Shown one piece after another: positions 9,983 to 18,545 of a DNA stretch of 55,972 nt. The notes under the pieces are model-generated. The model made no database searches. It was not told the origin of the DNA and saw nothing but the letters and a program-made list of their open reading frames with translations. Position 1 is the stretch's first letter; each line of letters starts with the position of its first letter. The translations under genes were made by a program, and so were the position numbers. The DNA lies in assembly GCA_047622345.1 (NCBI GenBank), contig JBLHOA010000001.1:1-55972 (forward strand), given 5' to 3'. Origin of the DNA: Gammaproteobacteria bacterium (GTDB taxonomy: Bacteria > Pseudomonadota > Gammaproteobacteria > GCA-001735895).

Positions 9983-10699
9983 TTAATACACTTCACTGGC
10001 AAATAAATAGCCTTCGCCGTGTACGGTCAGGATGATCTGCGGTGCATGGCTGTCCTGCTCAAGCTTGTTACGCAGGCGCAGTACCAGAACATCAATCGTG
10101 CGTTCATTCGGCGACCAAACCCGGTGGGTAACCTTTTCCATCAGCCATTCGCGATGCAAGGTCTTGCCGGGGTGTTCGAGAAAGGTCACCAGCAATTCAA
10201 ATTCGCCGCGGGTCAGCGCAATATTTTCCTGGGTATTGGATGACAGGCTCCGACGTGACAAATCGAGGGTCCAGCCTGAAAACGATTTGCTGCGTTGCTT
10301 CTGGTTCCTGTTCTGGTCGGATTGTTTGCGTCGGATCAGGTTTTTAACCCTTGCCAGCAGCTCACGGGGGTTGAAGGGTTTGGTGACGTAATCATCGGCG
10401 CCGATTTCCAGCCCGACGATGCGATCGATCTCGTCGATGCGCGCGCTCACCAGGATAATGCCCACATCGGTTTTTTCGGATAGTTCACGCGCCAGTTGTA
10501 AACCGTCTTTGCCCGGCAGATTGATGTCGAGCAACACCACGTCGATGGGCGCTTCAGAAAACAGACGATGCACGCTTTCACCGTCTTCGCACTGGCTGAC
10601 ACGGTAGTTTTCAGCCTCAAAATAGGCCGCCAAGCGCGCTCGGGTAACCGCGTCGTCTTCTACAATCAGAACATGGTGGGGGGAGTAGGTCTCAGTCAC
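9983..10699 (-). CDS. torR: OmpR-family response regulator TorR
   Basis: SPHHVLIVEDDAVTRARLAAYFEAENYRVS...LLDINLPGKDG...RIVGLEIGADDYVTKP is colinear with E. coli TorR (MPHHIVIVEDEPVTQARLQSYF...). I place the start at GTG 10699 (VTETYSPHH...). The longest ORF, to 10858, adds an implausible extension of about 50 aa that would cover the candidate TorR boxes. Confidence 0.85.
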   Translation of the reverse strand: MTETYSPHHVLIVEDDAVTRARLAAYFEAENYRVSQCEDGESVHRLFSEAPIDVVLLDINLPGKDGLQLARELSEKTDVGIILVSARIDEIDRIVGLEIGADDYVTKPFNPRELLARVKNLIRRKQSDQNRNQKQRSKSFSGWTLDLSRRSLSSNTQENIALTRGEFELLVTFLEHPGKTLHREWLMEKVTHRVWSPNERTIDVLVLRLRNKLEQDSHAPQIILTVHGEGYLFASEVY

Positions 10700-10812
10700 T
10701 GCTTCGTTATATTTATAGTTATCGAATAATGCATAGCGGTCGGGCCGCAAATAGTAGCCGCGATGGTAGCAGATTGTAGGCCTTTGCACTATTTGGTGGT
10801 GGGTAAATGCCC

Positions 10813-10852
10813 GATTAACAATTGTTAACAGAATCGACATTCTATTAACAAC
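10813..10852 (+). promoter_or_regulatory. Four phased decamers with TTAACA cores (candidate TorR boxes)
   Basis: The decamers are gaTTAACAat (10813), tgTTAACAga (10823), a degenerate atCGACAttc (10833) and taTTAACAac (10843). TTAACA starts at 10815, 10825 and 10845, a 10-bp phasing. TTAACAATTGTTAA (10815..10828) is a perfect palindrome. A perfect TATAAT lies at 10881..10886, upstream of the binding-protein gene. Confidence 0.5.
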
Positions 10853-11030
10853 TCGCAATCCGCCGTTTTTAATCGCGCTTTATAATCATTCGCGTTACTC
10901 AAGCAGTCGAAGAGCTGCAGCAAAGTAATCTTCAATAGAAACGAGAACATTCTTTTGAGGTTAGAGCTGGACGCTGGATTGATGTAACTGCTTTAAAAAT
11001 GACTATTTCATAAAACCTGAGGAGGACAGT

Positions 11031-11966
11031 ATGAAAATCAGAAATACCTTGTTGGCAAGCGCATTTGCCGTATTGATTTCGGCAACAGGCCTGGCCAAAG
11101 CCGATAGCACACAACCAATCGTTATTCCTATCCACAACTGGTCCAGCCAGATCGTCATGGCTTATGTCATCGGCGGCATGTTCGAAAGTATGGGCAGCAA
11201 CGTCGAGTACGTACCTGCTGATTCACAGGCCGTTTACGAATCTATTCGTAATGGCGACGTGACTATTTCGCACGAAGTGTGGAAGTCGTCTTTCGGTAAG
11301 TCTTTCTACAATTCAATGCAAAAAGGTGGCGTTATCGATGCCGGTACTCACGCTGCACTGACGCTCGAAGAAATGGGTGTTCCTACCTGGGTTATCGACC
11401 AAAATCTGTGCCCCGGCCTGCCTAAGTGGGAAGCGCTTAAAAATTGTTCCGACAAATTCACCACTGCTGACTCTGGTGGTAAAGGTCGTTGGTTAGAAGG
11501 ACCACAAAGCTGGCACGGAAACCTGATGCCTGAGCGTCTGGAAGCACTGGGACTGGCGGACAAGTGGACGGTTAAATTTGCTGGTGGTGCCGATGCACTT
11601 TGGACTGAACTCGCTTCTGCGAAGAAAGAAGGCCGACCTACGGTTGTTTTCAACTGGACGCCTAACTTCACCGACGCCGAAGGTTTTACATTCATCGAGT
11701 TCCCTGAGTATAAAGAAGGTTGTCGTAAATCTGATGGTGGTGACGGACGTTGTGGATCGCCTAAGGGCTGGTTGAAGAAAGCGGCGAACTACAAGTTCCC
11801 AAGGACTCATCCTAATGCCTACACCGCCTACTCTAAGCTGTCTTTTACAACCGCGCAAATCGGTCAAATGGCTGCATTGGTCGACATCGACAAGATGGAT
11901 CACAAAGATGCTGCAAAGAAATGGCTGGATAGCAACAAAGACGTGTGGATGGGTTGGACTAAGTAG
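11031..11966 (+). CDS. ABC transporter substrate-binding protein, OpuAC/ProX family (quaternary amine; TmoX-like candidate)
   Basis: 311 aa with a signal peptide (LLASAFAVLISATGLAKA). It has aromatic-cage-type Trp motifs (HNWSSQ, HEVWKS, VFNWTPNF) and a strong SD (GAGGAGG) before the ATG. Confidence 0.8.
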   Translation: MKIRNTLLASAFAVLISATGLAKADSTQPIVIPIHNWSSQIVMAYVIGGMFESMGSNVEYVPADSQAVYESIRNGDVTISHEVWKSSFGKSFYNSMQKGGVIDAGTHAALTLEEMGVPTWVIDQNLCPGLPKWEALKNCSDKFTTADSGGKGRWLEGPQSWHGNLMPERLEALGLADKWTVKFAGGADALWTELASAKKEGRPTVVFNWTPNFTDAEGFTFIEFPEYKEGCRKSDGGDGRCGSPKGWLKKAANYKFPRTHPNAYTAYSKLSFTTAQIGQMAALVDIDKMDHKDAAKKWLDSNKDVWMGWTK

Positions 11967-11997
11967 TCCCGTTTTAAAGCACAGCACTTGAAGTAAA

Positions 11998-12032
11998 AAC
12001 CCCTCTGGTGATAATGCCAGAGGGGTTCTTTT
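11998..12032 (+). terminator. Intercistronic stem-loop / partial terminator after the binding-protein gene
   Basis: AACCCCTCTGG (11998..12008), an 8-nt loop, CCAGAGGGGTT (12017..12027), then CTTTT. This is a perfect 11-bp stem plus a short T tract between the SBP and ATPase genes. Confidence 0.6.
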
Positions 12033-12107
12033 AAAGCTGAAGCTACTTGCCACTTGCATTAATGTGGTAGCTTTACGCCCCGGTAATAAAAAATCGAGAA
12101 AACTCCT

Positions 12108-13184
12108 ATGTCTGCACAGACTGAAACTTCGACTTCGAATGATCCCGTCATACGATGTGACTCGGTGTACAAAATTTTTGGCGACAATGCGCAAAGCATG
12201 TTGGCGAGCGCTAACGGAGTCGTCGATGCGGCCAAATTCCAGGAGGCTGGATGCATAGTCGGAGTCAATAACGCTTCTTTCGAGGTTTATGAAGGCGAGC
12301 TGTTAATTATCATGGGTTTATCCGGATCGGGTAAATCAACGCTGTTGCGCTGTATTTCGCGTCTGACCGATGCCACTGGAGGTGAAATTTTCATCGAAGG
12401 TGAAGACATCCTGACGATGAACAGCAAGCGGCTGATCGAATTGCGCCGCAGCAAGATGGGCATGGTGTTCCAGGGTTTCGCACTATTGCCGCACAAGACC
12501 GTGCTGGAAAACATTGCCTTCCCGTTGCAGATCAAAGGTGTCAGCACCGCCGAAAGCATGAAACGCGCCAAGGAAATGGTCGACCTGGTGAGTCTTTCCG
12601 GTCGAGAAAATTATTTCCCACGACAACTCTCCGGCGGTCAGCAGCAACGCGTCGGTATTGCGCGATCGCTCGCCATCGAACCCGATATCTGGTTTCTCGA
12701 TGAACCTTTCTCTGCCCTCGACCCGTTGATTCGCAAGGAAATGCAAAATGAGTTTCTTCGCTTACAGGGTGTATTGGGTAAAACAATATTATTTGTAACT
12801 CACGATTTTGATGAAGCGCTGCGTTTAGCTGATCGCATCGCAATCATGAAAGACGGCATCATCGAGCAGCTCGATACGCCGGCCAATATCGTCCTTAACC
12901 CCGCCACTGAGTATGTGCGCAAGTTTACTGAAGAAGTACCCCGGGAAAAGGTTTTAAAAATAAAATCGATAATGGAACCGTATAATTCGAGTGAAGAATT
13001 TGGTGATTTGAAAGTCTCACAGGACGCTGTAATCGAATCCGTTGCCGAGTCCGTATTGAATTCCAGCAAAACAATTACCGTTGTTGATGACTCTGGTGCA
13101 CCTGTGGGCTCTCTACATGCCTCCCACGTGGTTAAGGTACTTTTTGGCAGTCATACAGATCACCCTGGCGACCAATCCTCATGA
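12108..13184 (+). CDS. ABC transporter ATP-binding protein, ProV/OpuAA type with a C-terminal CBS-like region
   Basis: 358 aa. Walker A GLSGSGKST, signature LSGGQQQRV, Walker B IWFLDEPFSALD, and a C-terminal regulatory tail. Confidence 0.9.
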   Translation: MSAQTETSTSNDPVIRCDSVYKIFGDNAQSMLASANGVVDAAKFQEAGCIVGVNNASFEVYEGELLIIMGLSGSGKSTLLRCISRLTDATGGEIFIEGEDILTMNSKRLIELRRSKMGMVFQGFALLPHKTVLENIAFPLQIKGVSTAESMKRAKEMVDLVSLSGRENYFPRQLSGGQQQRVGIARSLAIEPDIWFLDEPFSALDPLIRKEMQNEFLRLQGVLGKTILFVTHDFDEALRLADRIAIMKDGIIEQLDTPANIVLNPATEYVRKFTEEVPREKVLKIKSIMEPYNSSEEFGDLKVSQDAVIESVAESVLNSSKTITVVDDSGAPVGSLHASHVVKVLFGSHTDHPGDQSS

Positions 13185-15244
13185 TAGAGGCATTCAAACA
13201 AAAGAAGTACTTGCAGTTCATTCTGCTGCTGATGGTGTTTTTAGTGCTGTATCATGTCGTCACACCGTCAGACAGCAACTACCTGTGGCGATTGCCACCG
13301 CTGTTTGAGGCTCTACCAACGCTGATATATGAAAGTGCTAACTACATTCTGTTCGATTGGTGGTTGATCGATGTCTGGGATCCCGATATCGAGGAATTCG
13401 AACAAAAGCCGTTAATGAATCAAATCACGCGTTCATTTTCAGGCATGATTCTATTTCTTATCGAATTCATTCGTGAAATTATGCTCGGTGGCGTCAAAAC
13501 CATCGTCACATTCTCAGGTTGGGATTGGGCGACCCAAAACAAGTGGGCAGTTTGGCCCGCTTTGCCCTGGACCGTCGTTGCAGCCGGTGGCACCATTCTC
13601 GGTTATTCACTGAATGGCTGGCGTTTGGCCACATTTGTTTTTGCCACCTTCTGCTTTATCTCGATTTTCGGGCAGTGGGAACCGTCGATGGAAACATTGT
13701 CCTTCGTCCTCATCGCCGCGCCGATTTCAGTCTTGCTCGGTCTTGTGGTCGGCGTCTGGGCGTTCCGCAACAAATACGTCGATGTCGCTCTACAACCAAT
13801 TTTGAATGTTATGCAGATTATGCCGCACTTTTCCTACCTGATTCCGGTAGTCGTGTTTTTTGGCATTGGCGATCATGCGGGTGCGATCGCAACTGTCATT
13901 TTCGCGACCCCGCCGATGGTGCGTCTCACCCTTCTAGGGTTGAAAAGACTATCGCCCGAAGTCGCCGAAGCTGGATTGATGAGCGGCTGCAACAGCCGGC
14001 AGCTACTTTTCAAGGTACTCATTCCAACCGCGCGGAGGGATATTCTGATCGGCGTCAACCAGGTCATCATGTCCTGTCTGGCGATGGTGGTCCTCGCGTC
14101 GTTGATCGGCGCCAAGGGACTCGGCGCCCATTTGCTGATTGCACTGAATCAGTTGAGGGTCGGCCAGGCGATCGAGATCGGAATCTGTATCGTCCTGATC
14201 GCGATCATGCTCGACAGATTATCACTCGCCTGGGCCGACAAGCAGGTTGACTACTTCTCCGACCTATCTTTTGTGCAACGGAATAAATATTCGTTGATAT
14301 TTGGTGGCGCTTTTGTTGTTGGCGTTATTCTGGCCTGGATCGGATCCTTTTTCTTCAAGGAGGGGTTCAACTATCTCTATCTAGTTCCGCATAAGAAGGG
14401 CATATCTGCCGAATTTTACTTGCAGGGCGGTGTCGACTGGATAGTGGAAGAATATTGGAGATCGCTTAAGGGTTTCAGTGAATGGCTGATCATTAATGTA
14501 TTGGTGCCGGTCAAGGCCGCCTATCTGGGCATGCCTGTCATTGCAACATTTGTTCTGACGATGGGTATCGGGTTTATCGTGGGCGGTTTACGGGTTGGTT
14601 TGAGCGTTGGTGGGTTCCTGTTATTTATCGCATTTACCGAGTGGTGGGATCGCGCTTTGATCACCGCTTACCTGATGACGCTGTCGGTAATATTTTCGAC
14701 GATAGTTGGGATTATCGCGGGCACCCTGTGCGCACAGCATCCGTGGAGCACACGCATCATGCTGACGATTTGCGATACCTTCCAGACTTTCCCATCCTTT
14801 ATTTACCTGATCCCGGCGATGATGCTGTTTGGTGTCGCTAACGATACCTCAGTTCTGGTCGCGATCATGGTTTACGCCCTTGTGCCCGCTACGCGCTACA
14901 CGATACAAGGTTTGCTCAGCGTACCCCCAGATCTGCTGGAGGCAGGGGCAATGTCTGGCGCCAACCGTGCGCAGCGCTATTTTTTCATCGAGCTGCCGAT
15001 GTCATTCCCGCATCTAGCGCTCGGTATCAATCAAACCGTCGTATTTGCGCTTTCCATGGTGATAATCGGCGCCATGATCGGTACGGATGATCTTGGGCAA
15101 TTGATTCTTGGTTCGCTGTCTGACAAAGAAGGTATCGGCAATGGATTGGTGCTTGGGCTGTGTGTCGCCGCTATCGGACTCGCGATCGATCAGGTGCTGC
15201 GCACCTGGGCGAATCAGAGAAAGGCGGCACTCGGACTGGATTAA
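13181..15244 (+). CDS. Tandem-fused ABC permease (two BPD-type transmembrane domains in one polypeptide)
   Basis: 687 aa. There are two EAA-loop copies: EAGLMSGCNSRQLLFKVLIP and EAGAMSGANRAQRYFFIELP. Each is preceded by a P(H/S)F(S/I)YLIP helix. An ATGA start/stop overlap couples it to the ATPase gene. Confidence 0.88.
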   Translation: MIEAFKQKKYLQFILLLMVFLVLYHVVTPSDSNYLWRLPPLFEALPTLIYESANYILFDWWLIDVWDPDIEEFEQKPLMNQITRSFSGMILFLIEFIREIMLGGVKTIVTFSGWDWATQNKWAVWPALPWTVVAAGGTILGYSLNGWRLATFVFATFCFISIFGQWEPSMETLSFVLIAAPISVLLGLVVGVWAFRNKYVDVALQPILNVMQIMPHFSYLIPVVVFFGIGDHAGAIATVIFATPPMVRLTLLGLKRLSPEVAEAGLMSGCNSRQLLFKVLIPTARRDILIGVNQVIMSCLAMVVLASLIGAKGLGAHLLIALNQLRVGQAIEIGICIVLIAIMLDRLSLAWADKQVDYFSDLSFVQRNKYSLIFGGAFVVGVILAWIGSFFFKEGFNYLYLVPHKKGISAEFYLQGGVDWIVEEYWRSLKGFSEWLIINVLVPVKAAYLGMPVIATFVLTMGIGFIVGGLRVGLSVGGFLLFIAFTEWWDRALITAYLMTLSVIFSTIVGIIAGTLCAQHPWSTRIMLTICDTFQTFPSFIYLIPAMMLFGVANDTSVLVAIMVYALVPATRYTIQGLLSVPPDLLEAGAMSGANRAQRYFFIELPMSFPHLALGINQTVVFALSMVIIGAMIGTDDLGQLILGSLSDKEGIGNGLVLGLCVAAIGLAIDQVLRTWANQRKAALGLD

Positions 15245-15306
15245 GCCGCCTGCCCATTAGCAGATACCCGACCAGCCGAATAGTTTAACAATCGAGTGAG
15301 ACGAAG

Positions 15307-16395
15307 ATGACTAGTGCACTTTTTACACCAATCAAGCTGCGCGAACTTGAATTGTCTAATCGCATCGTACTGTCACCAATGTGCCAGTACGCTGCAAAAA
15401 ATGGCTGTGCCGGCGATTGGCATTTGATGCATCTCGGCCAGTTCATGGTATCCGGGGTCGCACTGGTGATGACCGAAATGACCAATGTGCAGGCGCGCGG
15501 ACGAATCACCCCGCACTGTCTTGGATTGTTTGATCAAAACTGCGAAGACGCTTTGCAACGGGTGGTCAACTACTGCCGTCAACTCAGCGATACCCCGATG
15601 GGAGTCCAGTTGGCGCACTCCGGTCGCAAGGCTTCCAGTTCGCCGCCCTGGCAGGGGCGTAAACGCTTAAGCGCCGATCAGGGTGGGTGGCAGTCGGTCG
15701 GGCCATCACCGATCAGCCATAGCGATGCCATTCCAGCCCCGAACGAACTGACCCTGGCCGACATCGATGAATTAATTGAAGACTTTGTCACGGCGACGCA
15801 ACGTGCCGAACGGCTAGGTTTCGATGCGATCGAGTTGCACGGCGCGCACGGATATCTACTGCATCAGTTTCTATCTCCATTAAGCAATCAACGAAGCGAT
15901 GAATACGGCGGCAACCTCGAAAACCGGATGCGCCTGCCGCTGCAGGTATTTGACGCGGTTCGTGATATCTGGCCCGAACACAAACCCTTAGGCATGCGCC
16001 TTTCTGCGATCGACTGGGCCGCAGGCGGATTGACCATCGAAGACACGATCAAGCTAAGCGATGAACTCAAACGCAAAGGCTGCGACTGGATCGATGTGTC
16101 CAGCGGTGGCATCAGTTACGTCGAAAACATCGTCACCGGGCCGGGCTACCAGGTCCCGTTTTCGGAGCAGGTTCGCGCACAAACCGGCATCAACACGATG
16201 GCGGTAGGGATGATTACCGAAGCCGAACAGGCCGAAAATATCATCGCCAGTGGTCAGGCCGATATGGTGGCACTCGCGCGAGGTTTGTTATTCAATCCGC
16301 GCTGGCCCTGGCATGCGGCGATCAAACTCGGCGTCGAGCTTGAGTACCCGAGTCGTTACCAGCGCTGCGCGCCGGCGAATATGAATCCATTCTAG
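15307..16395 (+). CDS. NADH:flavin oxidoreductase, Old Yellow Enzyme family
   Basis: 362 aa. LFTPIKLRELELSNRIVLSPMCQY, HGAHGYLLHQFLSPLSNQRSDEYGG and a C-terminal ADMVALARGLLFNPRWP are classic OYE (YqjM/NamA-like) motifs. Confidence 0.9.
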   Translation: MTSALFTPIKLRELELSNRIVLSPMCQYAAKNGCAGDWHLMHLGQFMVSGVALVMTEMTNVQARGRITPHCLGLFDQNCEDALQRVVNYCRQLSDTPMGVQLAHSGRKASSSPPWQGRKRLSADQGGWQSVGPSPISHSDAIPAPNELTLADIDELIEDFVTATQRAERLGFDAIELHGAHGYLLHQFLSPLSNQRSDEYGGNLENRMRLPLQVFDAVRDIWPEHKPLGMRLSAIDWAAGGLTIEDTIKLSDELKRKGCDWIDVSSGGISYVENIVTGPGYQVPFSEQVRAQTGINTMAVGMITEAEQAENIIASGQADMVALARGLLFNPRWPWHAAIKLGVELEYPSRYQRCAPANMNPF

Positions 16396-16465
16396 GCATT
16401 GCGCTTGCCTCGAATGGGTCGCTTTTCGCGACAACGCGGATGCCGCAGCCAGGCTACAGGGATGT

Positions 16466-16675
16466 ATCGGCCGGGGTTCCGTCCGGTCTTGCGTTTCTTC
16501 GATGTAGCAATCCAGTCCCTTAACAGAACGATCTATAAGCTCTGTTTTATTAGAGCGAGTCGTCAATCACCTCCAGACAAAAATCGTCACATCAGCCTAC
16601 CTTTCGAAATTTAATTAGTCCCCCCGTTGAATGTAATCAAGATAAACACGAAACTTCGCCAGGGAGATTCAAGCG
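16466..16675 (+). repeat. Intergenic paralogous element, copy A
   Basis: Homologous to 30241..30650. The best block, 16517..16546, matches 30482..30511 at 27/30. 16498..16514 matches 30310..30326 at 15/17. Alignable sequence continues to about 16675, with indels. Confidence 0.7.
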
Positions 16676-16797
16676 AAGGAAACCATGAATTAAGCCGAGT
16701 TTCTCTGGCTTAGGTATCTTTGCCGACAAGACTGATTTAATCTCCGTCTGTGGGCCAATTTCTAAAATAACTATCCTTAAATTAACAGGAAAATACG

Positions 16798-17526
16798 ATG
16801 GTGCAGAAACTCGATCAAACGAATGCTGAAATTACCCTGGGTTACTGGGGTATTCGCGGTCTGGCGCAACCGATTCGATTCCTGCTAATCGCCGCGGGCA
16901 TTCCTTTTTCCGAAATTCGGCTCGGCTTGCAAACGGATGGAATGCTGATGGATGAGGACGATGAGGGGGAAGACTGGGATAGCCATCGCGCGACACTCGA
17001 TCTGCCCTTTCCCAATTTGCCTTATTTAATTGATAACAGCGGCGATTCACCGGTTCGCCTGTCGCAGAGCAATGCTATTTTGCGCTATCTGGCGCGGCGA
17101 TTTGACTTCTACGGTGATAGCGACCATGAGCGCACCGAAATTGATGTGCTGCAGGATGAAGCCTACGATTTTCGCAATCAAATCATCGATACGGCCTATA
17201 CGCTGGGCGACGACTATGCCGCAGCCTACGAAGAATTCTGCAGCGACGCTATGCCGCAATATCTGGATAGTTTTGAGCGCTATCTGTCTCGTCGTGATAA
17301 TAAAAAATACTTTGTCGGAAGCCGGTTATCCCTGGTCGACTTCGTTCTCTACGAATTGTTCTGGCAAATGACCTTGATGGTGCCGGGTTCGATTTCGCCG
17401 ACCGCTCGTCCGACCCTGCAGGCATTTATCCAGACATTTGAACAGGATGCAGCAATTGCCGGCTATTTACAGTCTGACAACTATATCGAACACCCGATCA
17501 ATAGCCACTGGGCTTCGTTTGCCTGA
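16798..17526 (+). CDS. Glutathione S-transferase with Mu-class-like signature
   Basis: 242 aa. LGYWGIRGLAQPIRFLL, LDLPFPNLPYLID, SQSNAILRYLARR and YFVGSRLSLVDFVLYE align with human GSTM1 LGYWDIRGLAHAIRLLL, LGLDFPNLPYLID, TQSNAILCYIARK and WFAGNKITFVDFLVYD. Confidence 0.85.
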   Translation: MVQKLDQTNAEITLGYWGIRGLAQPIRFLLIAAGIPFSEIRLGLQTDGMLMDEDDEGEDWDSHRATLDLPFPNLPYLIDNSGDSPVRLSQSNAILRYLARRFDFYGDSDHERTEIDVLQDEAYDFRNQIIDTAYTLGDDYAAAYEEFCSDAMPQYLDSFERYLSRRDNKKYFVGSRLSLVDFVLYELFWQMTLMVPGSISPTARPTLQAFIQTFEQDAAIAGYLQSDNYIEHPINSHWASFA

Positions 17527-17588
17527 TAACGGCTGCCTGCCACATCAGATAATGGCTGCGCGATGGACTTTTTGCTGACAAGGTCCGG

Positions 17589-18545
17589 TTAAACCGGATT
17601 CACCTCATCAACCGGGAAGAAATTTCGCCACCTGGTTTGCTGGTACTCACCATAGTTGAATGCTGTAAAACGGTTGTTGTCGTCCAGTGCGGAAATTTCG
17701 GTGTCGGCACCCGGGTTGACGAAGTAGGGAATCGAATAACGGTCAACGCCATTGCGGTTAATCACACGGTGCGGGGTCGATGAATATCGGCCGTTGCTCC
17801 AGTATTGCAAAATATCTCCGATATTGACCACAAAGCTATCGTCCAGCGGAGGTGCCCCGACCCATTCTCCATTTTTCGAGCAGACTTCGAGCCCACCATT
17901 AGTATCCTGCCAGAGAATGGTAAATGCCCCCGAATCCGAATGAGGAATGACGCCGATATTGTCGACGCTTTGCGGGTTTTCCTGCGGCGGATAATGATTC
18001 ACCTTGAGTCGCGATGTCGGTCGCGCGAAGTGGGTGGCGTAGAAATCATCTGCTTGATCGAGGGCTGCGCCAAAACAGCCTCCCAGCAACGATGCAACCC
18101 TTTCGATGGCATCGCGATAAGCCTGCATTGCCGGGCGCAAGCCAGCCGGTTGTTGCGGCCATCGATTGTCCGCTTCCAGCAGATGTTGTTTGTCGCTACC
18201 GAAATCGGCACCCATCCAGAACCCCTCCTGATGACTGGTTCCGGAAAAGGTATCGCTAATCTGGCTCTGGTAGTAAAGCGGTAGATAACCGCGCATCGAA
18301 GGGTCAAGCCCGGTGCTCAACTTGACCGACTCGGTTTGCTGGAAAAATTCACTGGCGGTATCGCAAAGGCTGGTTGCAAGCTCCATATCAAAGCGGTGGC
18401 CGATAATATAAAAAAAGCCGACATCGCGGCAGGCCCGGTCAATTTTGGTGATCACTGACGCGCCCGGGTTATCCACAAGCAGTTCGCTGATATCGATGAC
18501 CGGAATTTCATCGAAATCAAGTTTTCTCGATTGGGGTAGTGCCAT
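17589..18545 (-). CDS. 2-oxoglutarate/Fe(II)-dependent oxygenase (isopenicillin N synthase family)
   Basis: About 318 aa. DIOX_N-type N-terminus (IPVIDISELL...ACRDVGFFYIIGH) and the facial triad region IGVIPHSDSGAFTIL...STPHRV. I chose ATG 18545. The longest ORF starts at TTG 18557. Confidence 0.85.
   Translation of the reverse strand: MALPQSRKLDFDEIPVIDISELLVDNPGASVITKIDRACRDVGFFYIIGHRFDMELATSLCDTASEFFQQTESVKLSTGLDPSMRGYLPLYYQSQISDTFSGTSHQEGFWMGADFGSDKQHLLEADNRWPQQPAGLRPAMQAYRDAIERVASLLGGCFGAALDQADDFYATHFARPTSRLKVNHYPPQENPQSVDNIGVIPHSDSGAFTILWQDTNGGLEVCSKNGEWVGAPPLDDSFVVNIGDILQYWSNGRYSSTPHRVINRNGVDRYSIPYFVNPGADTEISALDDNNRFTAFNYGEYQQTRWRNFFPVDEVNPV

Noticed and set aside
10700-10858. N-terminal extensions in the longest-ORF versions of torR (to 10858), the HcnB-like gene (to 27985) and the DAO-family gene (to 29447).
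   Set aside because: The extensions precede the conserved N-terminal receiver or Rossmann motifs by 40-50 residues of non-homologous sequence. Internal starts give ATGA coupling, or for torR leave the phased boxes in non-coding DNA.
11493-12194. Long ORFs antisense to, or out of frame with, well-supported genes. Examples: 11493..12194 (-), 13519..14250 (+), 40869..41372 (+), 46745..47242 (-), 51264..51830 (+), 54667..55335 (+), 31161..31646 (-).
   Set aside because: Each lies entirely inside a gene with strong family-level motifs on the other strand or frame. Their translations are Arg/Ser/Pro-rich low-complexity strings without recognisable motifs. These are the usual shadow ORFs of moderately GC-rich coding DNA.
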